Source: Candidatus Binatia bacterium | GTDB lineage: Bacteria > Desulfobacterota > Binatia > Bin18 | DNA: 64,000 nt | Direction of reading: 5' to 3' | Assembly: GCA_963422435.1 (NCBI GenBank) | Contig: OY729511.1 | Span: 728,103-792,102 of the forward strand | Shown: positions 46,989-57,598 of the stretch, piece after piece | How the letters are laid out: the number at the start of each line of letters is the position of its first letter | How positions within the stretch are numbered: the stretch's first letter is position 1 | Position numbers and translations under genes: made by a program | The notes under the pieces: model-generated | Told to the model about the DNA's origin: nothing | The model's input: the letters and a program-made list of their open reading frames with translations, nothing else | Database searches by the model: none

Positions 46989-48896
46989 CTAGGTTTTCCG
47001 CAGCCGACGCACGTCGCCGACCCGGACCGTGAGGCCACTTCGGTCAAAGTATTCCAGCAGAGGAATAGCCGTTTTTCGACTAATGCCGAGCAGGTCACGG
47101 AATATGGCCGCAGTAATTTCCCCGTGAGTCGCCACATAGTCCGTCAGTGCCGCCTGCGCTTGACCCAGCACTCTTCCGCTTATGTAGAAATCCGGCGTAA
47201 TTTTGACCAACGCCCCTCGTGACTCAAGCACCGCCAGGAAATCGTTCAGCCGTTTGCGAGGAAGTTGCAGCAATTCCTCCAGCCCCTTCGTGTCCGGTGG
47301 GGTGAATTGTCCGTCTTGGACGAGACGTTCGAGTCGAGCGGCGATGGCCTGCTCTTCCTGGCTGAGCGAGACAGCGTGGGCCGGCAGACGCAGCAGGCTC
47401 TCGTGGCGAGCGACAACCCCTTCCTTAATGAGCCGCTCGGCCACAACCCGAAAAATCTTGGGCGTCAGGTTAAACGGCAGTTGGCTCCGCACCGACTCCA
47501 TTTCCATCCCCTGAGCCAGCGGGGTCTGGGCGTGAAAAACGGTCAGCAGCTTTTCAACGGCAGCGACCAGCCGCCGCCATTTTGTTGCACTGGAATAGGC
47601 TTCGGGATGCCGGGCATCGGGGAAAGGCAGAATCGCGTCGTCGTTTGCAAGCAGGGCAGTAATCTCCTCTTCCCGCGCGTTCACCCCGTGATACATTTCG
47701 TCCAGCCGGACGGCAAACTGCGGGCAGACTTCCAGATAGGCATAGCAGGCCTGACGGAGGTCTGTTGTTTGCAGGGCCTGTAAGCGTACCGTGACCTGGG
47801 TTTCGGCCCTGCGGTGGCGTTGGGCAAAAGGATTCACCACCACCCCACCGCCCAACGTTCCTTGCGCGGCTTGATTGCGCAGCACGAAGTGGTCCCCGCG
47901 CAGGGCAACCAAGGGATCCTGGGTGACAATTTGACACAGGGCTGTCGATTTCGGCGGCAAGACCTCAAGGCCGCCAAGCAAGATGATTTTCCCAATCACT
48001 TCGGCGGTCCCCAGATGAATGCGCACCCGCTCGTGGTTCACAACCTCGCGTCCCGTGCTCGGCCGGATTTCGACCCTGGCATCAAAACGGGTGGTGGTCA
48101 TGCGGACTTGGGGATGACACACGACATGGCCACGAGCCATATCCGCCTTATCCAGTCCGACCAGATTCAGCGCAACCCGCTGTCCCCAATGCGCTTCGGA
48201 CATAGCCTCCCCGTGGACTTGGAGCGAACGCACCCGCGCTTCTTTCCGGGTTGGGAGTACGCGGACGGTCTCACCTGCGCGCACGGTTCCGGCCAGCGCA
48301 GTCCCGGTCACAACAACCCCGTGCCCTTTGAGCGTAAAGACCCGATCGACCGGCAACCGAAAGTATCCGGGCTGGGAAGGACGGGTATAGGCTTCAAGCT
48401 GCTGCGCAATTTCATGTTGCAGTCCATCCAGGCCCTGGCCGGTAATAGAGGAGACCGGCAGGATGGGCGCACCTTCAAAAACGGTTTCAATCGTCAGAAT
48501 CTCGATTTCCTCCCGCACCTCTTCAATTCGCTCGGGACCGACCATATCGGCTTTGGTAATAACGAAGATTCCCTTCTGCACGCCCAGCAGGTGGAGGAAA
48601 TCGAAATGTTCCTCGGACTGAGGCATAACGCCATCGTCCGCGGCAACGGTAAACAGCACCAGGTCTATGCCTTGGGCGCCGGCCAGCATATTGCGGATAA
48701 AGCGCTCGTGACCGGGCACATCGACGATCCCGGCCCGCTCGCCATTAGGCAAATCCAGATAGGCAAAGCCGAGATCAATGGAGATGCCCCGCTCCTTTTC
48801 CTCTTTGAGCCGGTCAGTATCGTGCCCGGTCAGGGCCTTGAGTAATGAGGTTTTGCCGTGGTCAATATGTCCGGCAGTGCCAATAATATGCGGCAT
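46989..48896 (-). CDS. selB: selenocysteine-specific translation elongation factor SelB
   Basis: [24 protein letters not shown]...[15 protein letters not shown] GTPase start diagnostic of SelB. 635 aa with a C-terminal winged-helix region ending ...[28 protein letters not shown], which matches the E. coli SelB C-terminus pattern. Confidence 0.9.
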   Translation of the reverse strand: MPHIIGTAGHIDHGKTSLLKALTGHDTDRLKEEKERGISIDLGFAYLDLPNGERAGIVDVPGHERFIRNMLAGAQGIDLVLFTVAADDGVMPQSEEHFDFLHLLGVQKGIFVITKADMVGPERIEEVREEIEILTIETVFEGAPILPVSSITGQGLDGLQHEIAQQLEAYTRPSQPGYFRLPVDRVFTLKGHGVVVTGTALAGTVRAGETVRVLPTRKEARVRSLQVHGEAMSEAHWGQRVALNLVGLDKADMARGHVVCHPQVRMTTTRFDARVEIRPSTGREVVNHERVRIHLGTAEVIGKIILLGGLEVLPPKSTALCQIVTQDPLVALRGDHFVLRNQAAQGTLGGGVVVNPFAQRHRRAETQVTVRLQALQTTDLRQACYAYLEVCPQFAVRLDEMYHGVNAREEEITALLANDDAILPFPDARHPEAYSSATKWRRLVAAVEKLLTVFHAQTPLAQGMEMESVRSQLPFNLTPKIFRVVAERLIKEGVVARHESLLRLPAHAVSLSQEEQAIAARLERLVQDGQFTPPDTKGLEELLQLPRKRLNDFLAVLESRGALVKITPDFYISGRVLGQAQAALTDYVATHGEITAAIFRDLLGISRKTAIPLLEYFDRSGLTVRVGDVRRLRKT

Positions 48897-49027
48897 AGCG
48901 TGTCCCTGAGACAGGATCGCATTGTGTCAAAAAGGAGGGCGGAAAGAAATCCCTCACAAGCCGGCCGTAGTCCAGACGACCAAGACAGGACGCGGAGACC
49001 TGTGCTACCAAGAATACTCGATCCAGT

Positions 49028-49672
49028 ATGAAACAATTCGCACTTCTGAGCCCCGAAGAAGTCAGGCAGACCGCTCGCACGACCCTCGCCTTTTATGACC
49101 GGTTTGCGGAAGCGTTCTGGCACGGGACGCAGGACCACGATGTCAGTCAGAACCGGGCCGCCCTGCTCAATCATGCAGCGGGAGACGGTCCGTATTCCAT
49201 CCTCGACTTTGGCTGCGGCCCGGGCCGTGACCTTGCCGCCTTTCGTAACCTGGGCCACGAGGCGGTTGGACTGGATGGGGCGGAACGCTTCGTTGAAATG
49301 GCCAGACACCAGACGGGCTGCGAGGTCTGGCATCAGGATTTTCTCGACCTGAGATTACCGTCTGAGCGCTTTGACGGCATTTTTGCCAACGCCTCCCTCT
49401 TTCATATTCCGAGCCAGGAGTTGCCGCGAGTCCTCGGACAGCTTTGGGACACGCTCAGACCGAACGGTATTCTGTTCAGCTCAAATCCGCGTGGTCATGA
49501 CCAAGAAGGCTGGCAAGACCATCGCTACGGCAGCTTCTACACGTTTGAGACTTGGCGGCAGCTCCTCACGCGGGCACAATTTCAGGCAGTCACACATTAC
49601 TATCGTCCGCCCGGAAAACCGCGCCCGCAGCAGCCCTGGCTGGCAACCGTGTGGCGTAAGGCTATCGCCTGA
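49028..49672 (+). CDS. class I SAM-dependent methyltransferase
   Basis: Motif I ILDFGCGPGRD. Confidence 0.65.
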   Translation: MKQFALLSPEEVRQTARTTLAFYDRFAEAFWHGTQDHDVSQNRAALLNHAAGDGPYSILDFGCGPGRDLAAFRNLGHEAVGLDGAERFVEMARHQTGCEVWHQDFLDLRLPSERFDGIFANASLFHIPSQELPRVLGQLWDTLRPNGILFSSNPRGHDQEGWQDHRYGSFYTFETWRQLLTRAQFQAVTHYYRPPGKPRPQQPWLATVWRKAIA

Positions 49673-50046
49673 CTGTGCGCGGACAATAATTTGGGACAAA
49701 AAGAGTGAGAAGAGTGATTGGCAATAGGAAATACGCGATTATCCGGGATTACATGGGACGTGAACGGACTAAATGTCCGCCTGTTGACAGAACCCCGGTA
49801 CACCCTGCCGTCCTCTATCTCCCTGAAAAATCGCCGATTTTCCCCCATTCTGGCCCAACCCTGCCCCCACCGCGCCGCCCCTGGTCCCGCGTCCACACGC
49901 CCCCGGCGCCTGGCGTACTTCCGGGCCAAATGCTGAAAATTCCGACTCGTTGGTGTCCTCACTTTTTTGTTGAGAGTACACAGGCATTTAGCCCAAGAAT
50001 AGGCAGCGTTCTGAAATGCATAGCACCATCAATTATTTGTCCCCAA

Positions 50047-50538
50047 CTACTCAAACCCGACAACTCGAACGTTCTCCAGGCGAAACTCGCCATCACGCTG
50101 CGCGTACCAGCCAGTGAGTTCGAGCGGGGTACCGGGCTGGGCCTGGGCAATTTTTGTGAGCATGTCTCGCGGGCCGGTCACATCGAGGTCGGCTTTGCGC
50201 TTGCCGGCCCGGTGGAGAAAAATCTGCCGCGGGGTGAGCCGGGGCGAGTTGGGCGCGGTGACATGCGTGACCTCGAGTTGGAAGTCGCCCCGATAGCCGG
50301 TCACTCCCAGTTGGATGACCGCCAAGGCATCCGAGGCCGGGTCCGTATTGAGAAAGCCGGTCACCACGACCTTGAAAGGAAAACGGCGGGTCTTGGCCGA
50401 GGGACGGTCGCCGCCCACGCCGACGCCGCCCTGTGCCCAAACTGAAGAGAGTACCAGGACCGAGGGAGCGGGCAGCAGACTCAGGCAACAGACAAGGAAG
50501 AGTGCGGTTTTCAGTGCTTCGCGAATACGACACGACAT
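50047..50538 (-). CDS. secreted hypothetical protein
   Basis: Signal-peptide-like LFLVCCLSLLPAPSVLVLSSVWAQG. Confidence 0.4.
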   Translation of the reverse strand: MSCRIREALKTALFLVCCLSLLPAPSVLVLSSVWAQGGVGVGGDRPSAKTRRFPFKVVVTGFLNTDPASDALAVIQLGVTGYRGDFQLEVTHVTAPNSPRLTPRQIFLHRAGKRKADLDVTGPRDMLTKIAQAQPGTPLELTGWYAQRDGEFRLENVRVVGFE

Positions 50539-50548
50539 GCAAATCTCC

Positions 50549-51040
50549 CTACGCGATGCTTTTTTGAAGAGACCGGGCTAACAAATCAAGGGCGGTTTGA
50601 GTGAATGTCCACATGTTTGCTTCCCGGTCCGGGCTGCCGGTCTCTAAGGTCAATGTTTCTTCAACCGGTCCGGTGACAGCAAAACAGGCATGTCCGGCTG
50701 CGTCGCCATAGGCGTTGCCGGTCGGTCCGGTCGCGCCGGTTTCGCTCAGCCCCCAGGTCGTCTCAGAACGCTCCCGCACCTGCCGGGCGAGACGCAGCGC
50801 ATATTCCTCGGTGCTCGCTCGAATACCCTCAAGCGCTTCGTCCGGCATGGCCAGCAGCGACCGACGCGCCGCATGGGTATAGATCACCCCACCGCCCAGA
50901 AAATACGCCGACGCTCCCGGCACGGTCAGGAGGGCCGCCGAAATCAAACCGCCGGCTGAAGACTCGGCTACCGCAATCGTGTGGCCATGCGTCTTGAGCA
51001 GTTCGCCCACTGTGCGTCCCAAGAGTGTTAAATTTTTCAT
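50549..51040 (-). CDS. CinA C-terminal domain / PncC-like nicotinamide-nucleotide amidohydrolase
   Basis: TIAVAESSAGGLISAALLTVPGAS...ETGATGP conserved CinA_C motifs. Confidence 0.75.
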   Translation of the reverse strand: MKNLTLLGRTVGELLKTHGHTIAVAESSAGGLISAALLTVPGASAYFLGGGVIYTHAARRSLLAMPDEALEGIRASTEEYALRLARQVRERSETTWGLSETGATGPTGNAYGDAAGHACFAVTGPVEETLTLETGSPDREANMWTFTQTALDLLARSLQKSIA

Positions 51041-51093
51041 GGTTCTCTTTTACTGTGAGCGGCGAGGAAGAAAAAGCCCCGGAGGGAGACAGT

Positions 51094-52062
51094 CTATTCA
51101 GGCAGGGGCGCGGCGTGTGGAGGCCTTGTCGTTCTTCCACTTTTCGCGAACGCTCGATCCAGCCACGTCAGGGCCGCCTCAATAAACTGCGGCAGGTTTT
51201 TATACAGCCGCATAGATGGCGGCAAGGCACGCAGGGCGGCGGCAAGCTGGGCAGCACGGTCTGGCCGGCTGGCAAGGTGAGCGAGTGGTCTGACGTAGAC
51301 GCGGATGGTGAACAGGATATCGTGGGTGTGGGGCAGACGGCGCAGGGTCTGGCGTTCCATGCGCAGCCAGAGGGTGTGGCCGGCATTCTCTGGCGTGATG
51401 TCGGCCCGTTTTCGACCGCTTCGGGTCGGCTGAAACAGGGCCGGATCGTCCATAAGGCTCCAATTGAGCCGCCAGACGGGCTTCTCGACTTTCAGCCGGT
51501 CAAAGAACTTGTCCATTGTTGGGGCGAGCTGTTCTGCATAGCCGGGAATCGGGGCGTGAATCTCATTGAGCGGCCGGCCAATTTTGTCCGCCAAGCGCCA
51601 GCGCGTCGGAAAGCATAATGACGCTCCGACCAGATGGTAGACCTGGGTGTGCGCCTGCCACTGCATGAGACACAGATCTTCCTGGATAAGCCGGCCGGCC
51701 AGATCGAGTGGATGCAAGGGCGTGTTGTGAACCTCCCACTGCTGGCCGGTGGCAAGAGTGTCGAGCTGCTCTCCGCTTCTCCGGTACAACTCTGGAAACC
51801 GGCTCGGGAGATGCTCAACAAGGAGTGCCAAGGTTTCAGCCGCACCCGGGCCCGCTTCAGGCAGGACGGCAAAGACCTCATCGCGCCGTTCGGTGAGGAG
51901 GCGTTCTTTTTCTTTGAGCTCGACGGCGCACTGGGCATCGGGTTCGATCCAGTCTTTGAGCTCGAGCGGCACGAGCCCCATTGAGAGCCGAAACGGTCCG
52001 GCCTTGAACGGCGTGGAGTCAGGCGGAGACGGAACCGGCACATCTGAGGATGAGGTGGTCAT
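51094..52062 (-). CDS. DUF3445-like (heme-dependent oxidative N-demethylase alpha-subunit-like) hypothetical protein
   Basis: ASLCFPTRWRLADKIGRPLNEIHAPIPGY resembles the DUF3445 core as I recall it; weak. Confidence 0.4.
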   Translation of the reverse strand: MTTSSSDVPVPSPPDSTPFKAGPFRLSMGLVPLELKDWIEPDAQCAVELKEKERLLTERRDEVFAVLPEAGPGAAETLALLVEHLPSRFPELYRRSGEQLDTLATGQQWEVHNTPLHPLDLAGRLIQEDLCLMQWQAHTQVYHLVGASLCFPTRWRLADKIGRPLNEIHAPIPGYAEQLAPTMDKFFDRLKVEKPVWRLNWSLMDDPALFQPTRSGRKRADITPENAGHTLWLRMERQTLRRLPHTHDILFTIRVYVRPLAHLASRPDRAAQLAAALRALPPSMRLYKNLPQFIEAALTWLDRAFAKSGRTTRPPHAAPLPE

Positions 52063-53459
52063 CAGTCTGCGACCTGCACGGAAGCGGCTGTCGGTTCTCT
52101 CCTCTTACGCCGCGTAGCGAAAATATCAATCTCCCGCCAGCGGCCTCGGGAGAAGCGCCACCATAAACCAAAGCCAAATAGCGAGACGTTGATGGTGCCG
52201 GCCAGCCACGGGCCGAGGGATTCGAGATTGGTCAAGAGCACCGAACCCAGGCTGAGCGGCGTAAAGACGCACACTAAAAGCGTAATCGTCAAACCGGCAA
52301 TCCAGCGCGTATCTCCCGCCCCGCGCAGGGCTCCGGCAAAGGTAATTCCCATACTATCAAAAACTTGCAGCAGGGCCGCGCAGATCAGCAGGCGACTGCC
52401 GACCTGGATGACGGTCGGGTCCTGGCTGAAGAAACTCAGGAAAGAGAACCGAAACAGGACATAGCTCATGCCCATCAGAGCCATATACGACATGGCCAGA
52501 AAGAACGCTTCATACACGCGTTGAGCGGCAAGGTCGGGCTTGCCCTCTCCGATATAGCGTCCGACCAGCGCGGTCAGTGCCTGGCCAAGCCCCAGCGCGG
52601 GCATGAATGAGACCGTCATGTATTGAATGGCGATATTACTGGCGGCCAGTTGCTGCTTGCCAAACTGACCGACCATTAAAATAATCAAGACGCCCCAGCC
52701 CAAGACATCGATGGCCATCTGCGTCCCGGCCGGCAAGCCGATGTGCAGCAGCCGGCGGGCCGCTGCCCAGTCCGGCTTCCAGACCGTCCGGGTGGCAAAC
52801 CGGGTGGCGTACGGCTGGGAGAGGAACACCCGAAAGAGCACCGCGAATTGGACGACAAAGCTGAACACCATCGCCAGGGCCGCCCCCTTAAGTCCCAGGG
52901 CTGGCGCGCCACATTTCCCAAAGATCAAGGTGTAGGCGAAAAAGACGTTCACGATATTGGCCACCACCGCGGCGACCAGCGGAACCTTGGGCCTATGCAG
53001 CCCGTAGAAGAATCCGCTCAGCGCGCCGATGGCAACCGAAAAGCCGATCCCCCACAGCCGGACGCGGAAGTAGACGACCTCCAGCGCGATAATGTCTGGC
53101 TCGTGTCCGAACAGGGAAAAGAAGGAGGGCGCGGCTGGCCACAAGGCGAAGAACATCAGGCCAACCAGGCCACTCAAATATAGCCCCTGCCAGGCGACCA
53201 GCGAACCTTCGTCAGGCGTCCCCCGCCCCAGGGCCTGAGCGGCGAACGTACTCACGCACTGCGTAATGCCCAGCGGCAGGGCGGTGAGCGTATAGGCAAT
53301 GATGCCGGCCGGCATGGCCGCGGCCACTTCAGCCGTGCCGACCTGGGCCACCATCCAGGTGTCGACAAAGCCGATCACCGTGTATGAGGCCATCGACAGA
53401 ATAATCGGGAAAGCAAAGCGCAGAATTTCGTTGAGCCCGGTGCGGGTGGGAATAACCAT
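52062..53459 (-). CDS. MATE-family efflux transporter
   Basis: 465 aa, ~12 TM helices, MATE-type N-terminus (LNEILRFAFPIILSMASYTVIGFVDTWMV). Confidence 0.8.
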   Translation of the reverse strand: MVIPTRTGLNEILRFAFPIILSMASYTVIGFVDTWMVAQVGTAEVAAAMPAGIIAYTLTALPLGITQCVSTFAAQALGRGTPDEGSLVAWQGLYLSGLVGLMFFALWPAAPSFFSLFGHEPDIIALEVVYFRVRLWGIGFSVAIGALSGFFYGLHRPKVPLVAAVVANIVNVFFAYTLIFGKCGAPALGLKGAALAMVFSFVVQFAVLFRVFLSQPYATRFATRTVWKPDWAAARRLLHIGLPAGTQMAIDVLGWGVLIILMVGQFGKQQLAASNIAIQYMTVSFMPALGLGQALTALVGRYIGEGKPDLAAQRVYEAFFLAMSYMALMGMSYVLFRFSFLSFFSQDPTVIQVGSRLLICAALLQVFDSMGITFAGALRGAGDTRWIAGLTITLLVCVFTPLSLGSVLLTNLESLGPWLAGTINVSLFGFGLWWRFSRGRWREIDIFATRRKRREPTAASVQVAD

Positions 53460-53533
53460 GGGTATGGTTTGCAGTCAGCGCGTGTTTTGTATAGGCAGAT
53501 GAAAGAGAATTTCTTTCCTGGGTGAACGTCGGC

Positions 53534-54748
53534 ATGACAGACCAATCTGACCTTATCATCATTGGCGGCGGAATACTTGGACTGGCCACCGCCCTGACCG
53601 TGAGCCGCCAATACCCAAGAATCAAACTGGGAGTTCTCGAAAAGGAGCCCCGTCTGGCCGGGCATCAAACCGGTCATAACAGCGGGGTTATTCACTCCGG
53701 TATGTACTATAAACCCGGCTCGCTCAAGGCCCGGACCTGTGTGAGTGGTGGCACGCTGCTGACCGAATTTTGCGACCGACACGATATCCCCTATGAACGG
53801 TGTGGGAAAGTCGTTGTGGCAACGTCAGCGGGCGAACTCCCCCGGCTTGAGGAACTCCACCGGCGCGGCACGGCCAACGGGGTTGCGGGGCTGGAAATGA
53901 TCGGCCCTGAGCGACTGCGGGAAATTGAACCGCACGCTGCCGGCATCCGTGCTCTATATGCCCCCCAAACAGGGATTATTGACTATGTGCGGGTGGCTGA
54001 GCAGTATGCCGCCCTGGTTCAAGAAGCCGGGGGTGAGATTCGGTGCGCGCAGCAGGTGCAAAAAATTGTCTCGACTGACGGTCAGTTGGTTGTGGAGACT
54101 GCCACCGATACGATCCGGACGCGGGCGGTCATTAACTGTGGCGGCCTCCAGTGTGACCGGATTGCGCGCCTGGCAGGGGCTGAGCCGGCATTGCAGATTG
54201 TTCCGTTCCGAGGCGAGTATTATACCCTTGCCCCGCCCAAGCGCGCCCTGGTGAATAATCTCATCTATCCGGTTCCAGACCCGGCCTTTCCCTTTCTTGG
54301 CGTCCATTTCACCCGGACCATGACCGGGGAGCGGGAAGCTGGGCCAAATGCGGTATTGGCCTTTGCCCGAGAGGGCTATCAGTGGGCGGATCTGATCCCT
54401 CAAGATATATGGGAAACCCTGCGCTTCTCGGGGTTTCGGGCAATAGCGCGTCAATACTGGCAGACCGGCCTTGGGGAGATATACCGTTCTTTGAGCAAAT
54501 CGGCGTTCCTGCGTGCGCTCCAGCGCCTGCTCCCCGAGCTTCAGGCCGCAGACTTACTGCCAGGCGGCAGCGGCGTGCGCGCCCAAGCGATTTCGGCTGA
54601 CGGCACTTTGGTGGACGATTTTGTCATTACCAGCTCGCCGCACGCCATCCATGTGCTGAACGCGCCCTCGCCGGGTGCAACCGCTTCACTCGCCATCGGG
54701 CAGCAGATTGTGAGGCAGGCCGCACAGGCGTTCTCGTGGGGGACGTAA
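53534..54748 (+). CDS. L-2-hydroxyglutarate oxidase-like FAD-dependent oxidoreductase
   Basis: DLIIIGGGILGLATA FAD-binding motif; LhgO/YgaF-like length and sequence. Confidence 0.7.
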   Translation: MTDQSDLIIIGGGILGLATALTVSRQYPRIKLGVLEKEPRLAGHQTGHNSGVIHSGMYYKPGSLKARTCVSGGTLLTEFCDRHDIPYERCGKVVVATSAGELPRLEELHRRGTANGVAGLEMIGPERLREIEPHAAGIRALYAPQTGIIDYVRVAEQYAALVQEAGGEIRCAQQVQKIVSTDGQLVVETATDTIRTRAVINCGGLQCDRIARLAGAEPALQIVPFRGEYYTLAPPKRALVNNLIYPVPDPAFPFLGVHFTRTMTGEREAGPNAVLAFAREGYQWADLIPQDIWETLRFSGFRAIARQYWQTGLGEIYRSLSKSAFLRALQRLLPELQAADLLPGGSGVRAQAISADGTLVDDFVITSSPHAIHVLNAPSPGATASLAIGQQIVRQAAQAFSWGT

Positions 54749-54762
54749 CCGGGGAGGGGGCG

Positions 54763-55266
54763 ATGGGTCGCCAAGCCTTCATTGGCGTCGGGTCAAATCT
54801 TGGCAACCGCCGGGCGTATTATCAAAAGGCGCTCAACCTGATGGCTGACCTTTCCCGGACATCCCTTATACGCTGTTCTACATTGTATGAGACTGAGCCG
54901 ATTGGGGAGGCGAAGAACTGGTACGTCAATGGTGTGGTTGAACTGGAGACCGCGTTGAGCCCGCGACAGCTCCTGAGTCACCTGCAAAAAATCGAGTCGG
55001 CACTCGGGCGTAAGCGGACCGCTCTGACAAAAAAATGGGCGGCCCGCACGATTGATCTCGATATCGTCCTGTTTGACACACAGATTGTGAATGAGGAGCA
55101 GTTGCAGATCCCGCACCCTGAAATGCACCGGCGTCGGTTTGTTCTTTTACCGCTCTCCGAACTGGCCCCACAGTTTGTCCATCCCCTCCTCGGTTCGACG
55201 GTGACCGAACTCCTGGTCGGTCTTGCGGATGACAAGCGGGTCCTGCGCTTCCCTCCACACGGCTGA
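54763..55266 (+). CDS. folK: 2-amino-4-hydroxy-6-hydroxymethyldihydropteridine pyrophosphokinase (HPPK)
   Basis: AFIGVGSNLGNR...TLYETEPIG...RTIDLDIVLF HPPK motifs. Confidence 0.85.
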   Translation: MGRQAFIGVGSNLGNRRAYYQKALNLMADLSRTSLIRCSTLYETEPIGEAKNWYVNGVVELETALSPRQLLSHLQKIESALGRKRTALTKKWAARTIDLDIVLFDTQIVNEEQLQIPHPEMHRRRFVLLPLSELAPQFVHPLLGSTVTELLVGLADDKRVLRFPPHG

Positions 55267-55308
55267 GCGAGAAAGAGCGCCGGATTGCTGGCAGAGGCCG
55301 GAGCCTTC

Positions 55309-55908
55309 TTATTCGGAAGCCAAGAGCGTCTCGACCCGCGTTGCCTGGTCTCGGACCGCCTGGGTCTGGGCCCGGAAATGATCGAGGCTGCCAGAAGGAG
55401 GAAACGTATCCTCCGATACATGCCGAGATGTTGATACGTTTCCTCCTTGTTGAACGCGGAGTCGGTCAGCTTCCGTGACGAGGCTTTGATACCGATCGAG
55501 GAGCTGGTTAAAAGCGGCCAGCGAGGCCCGGTCGGCGGAGCGCTGGGCCACAATGCGGGAAAAGTCCCGCGCCCGTTCGAGCGGATACAGAAACTCATTC
55601 ATCATGGCCGGGGTCAGCGGGTCGTTGTCTTCCAGGAGGCGGTTCATCTTGTCGGTCATCGCGAGCATGAGTTGGACATGGGTGTGCATGAGTTTTTCGT
55701 ACTTGAGCCAGTAGCACCCTCCCAGACTGCACTGCAGCACCAGACCCAGCAGAATGCTGGCTCGAACCAGAGGGTAGAGGAAGGGAGGCCGGGCTTGACG
55801 ATTAGGAAACCAGCGGCCTAACATAGTATAAAAAGAATACCTCCGAGCACCGTTCTCCGAATGAAGCCGAGCGATTGGTGCAGAGTGAATAAGCAAGTGG
55901 TCTTCCAT
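55309..55908 (-). CDS. hypothetical protein (possible lipoprotein)
   Basis: No domain recognised; possible start at MLGRWFP with an LGGC lipobox-like site. Confidence 0.3.
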   Translation of the reverse strand: MEDHLLIHSAPIARLHSENGARRYSFYTMLGRWFPNRQARPPFLYPLVRASILLGLVLQCSLGGCYWLKYEKLMHTHVQLMLAMTDKMNRLLEDNDPLTPAMMNEFLYPLERARDFSRIVAQRSADRASLAAFNQLLDRYQSLVTEADRLRVQQGGNVSTSRHVSEDTFPPSGSLDHFRAQTQAVRDQATRVETLLASE

Positions 55909-57391
55909 GTTCCACCTTTCCTCCGTTTATTTTGAACGGCTCCTTGAAAGTTCTCTCGACATTGTCATTGCCGTCGATCATCGAGGGCAAATCATCTTCT
56001 ACAACGACGGGGCGAGCAAGACCCTGGGCTATACCCGAGAGGAAGTCCAGGGGAAACGGGTCAGGCTCTATCCCAGTATCGAAGAAGCCCGGCGGGTGCT
56101 GGGGGCGATGCGTAGCGAGGATATTGGGGAAAAGGGCAAGGTGAAGAATTTTGAAACGGCCCTGGTCGCAAAGGGCGGCGAGCAGATTCCCATCTCTTTC
56201 TCAGGCTCGATTATTTACGACGAAAACGGGGCAGAAATCGGTTCGATCGGTTTTCACCGAGACCTGCGTGATATCCGTTTACCGCCGGGATATTTTGAGC
56301 GGTTGCTTGAGAGTTCCCTCGACATCGTTATTGCGCTTGACCATGAGGGCCAGATTATCTTTTATAACGACGGAGCGCATCAGACGCTCGGCTATACCTC
56401 ACAGGAGATCCACGGCAAGCGGGTCTGGGCCTCTGTCTACCCGAACATCGATGAGGCGCGCCGCGTCATGGAAGCCATGCGGGGCGAAGAGGTCGGCGAG
56501 AAGGGTAAAGTGAAGAATTTTGAGACCACGCTCGTGACAAAGAGTGGCGAGCATATCCCCGCCGCCATTTCCGGCTCCATTATTTATGATGAGGCGGAAA
56601 ACGAGGCTGGCTCAGTTGGCTTTTTGAAGGATCTGCGGGAGATTCGCCGGCGCGATCAATTAGCGACGCTGGGCGAACTCGCTGTCGGTCTCGGCCATCG
56701 GATCAATAACCCGCTAGAGGTCATCTTTAATAATCTGGATATTCTGACCAAGCATATGGCGCAGAGCTTTCCGGACGAAGAATACGTTGTCCAGGAAGAA
56801 CGGGTGGAATCCATCCAGCGCGAGCTGGAGAAGATCAGGGGGATAGTCGCGCGGATTGACGATATGGCCCACGGCGAGCGCTATGACACGACCGAGTACC
56901 TGCACGGTTCTCGGATGGCGGACCTGGGGCGGGATGAAGTGGTTGCTCCACAGCATACGAGTGTCCGGCCAGCAACCCAGGCCCTGGCCGGACTGCGTCT
57001 CTTGGTGGTCGATGACGATCTTGGCGTGTGTTGCTCGTTACGTGACTTGTTAGTCGAAGACGGCTGTAGTGTTGAGGTCGCGACCAACGGCATTGAGGCG
57101 CTGAAGATCCTTGATCGGAACTTTCTCGACCAGCACCCCTTCCACATGATGTTGAGTGATGTGGTGATGCCTGACTTGGACGGATACGATCTCTACATGG
57201 AGGCAAAGGAGCGTTACCCGCAACTGCCCGTTGTCCTGATGACGGCCTATTTTTACGACAAGGACCATGTGATCAAACGGAGCCGTCTGGAAGGATTAGA
57301 GGACGTCTTATTCAAGAAGCCGGTTGATCCGGACCGGCTGAAAGAGATGATCCTCAAACTGTGCAAACCTGAAGAAGCGCCCCAAGCCTAG
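55907..57391 (+). CDS. PAS-PAS-(HisKA-like dimerisation)-REC hybrid signalling protein lacking an obvious HATPase domain
   Basis: Two paralogous PAS modules (~121 aa each, ~65% identical); LATLGELAVGLGHRINNPL dimerisation-type helix; C-terminal receiver LRLLVVDDDLGV...MLSDVVMPDLDGYDL. Confidence 0.7.
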   Translation: MFHLSSVYFERLLESSLDIVIAVDHRGQIIFYNDGASKTLGYTREEVQGKRVRLYPSIEEARRVLGAMRSEDIGEKGKVKNFETALVAKGGEQIPISFSGSIIYDENGAEIGSIGFHRDLRDIRLPPGYFERLLESSLDIVIALDHEGQIIFYNDGAHQTLGYTSQEIHGKRVWASVYPNIDEARRVMEAMRGEEVGEKGKVKNFETTLVTKSGEHIPAAISGSIIYDEAENEAGSVGFLKDLREIRRRDQLATLGELAVGLGHRINNPLEVIFNNLDILTKHMAQSFPDEEYVVQEERVESIQRELEKIRGIVARIDDMAHGERYDTTEYLHGSRMADLGRDEVVAPQHTSVRPATQALAGLRLLVVDDDLGVCCSLRDLLVEDGCSVEVATNGIEALKILDRNFLDQHPFHMMLSDVVMPDLDGYDLYMEAKERYPQLPVVLMTAYFYDKDHVIKRSRLEGLEDVLFKKPVDPDRLKEMILKLCKPEEAPQA

Positions 57392-57598
57392 CGTCTTGAG
57401 GCGCTAGGCCGCCGAGTGGAAAGCCCCCTCCGGGGCTGGAATTCCACCCTCCCAATACTGGACGGAACTCCCCGAAAAGTCTATTCTCAAGCCAGAAACA
57501 TCATTGACGCTCCCCCTGGGGCGGGATATAAAAAAAACTTATCATTCCTTGTTCTCAGCATTAGGATTCACTCTCATTCAGAGGAGACCATTCCGACT

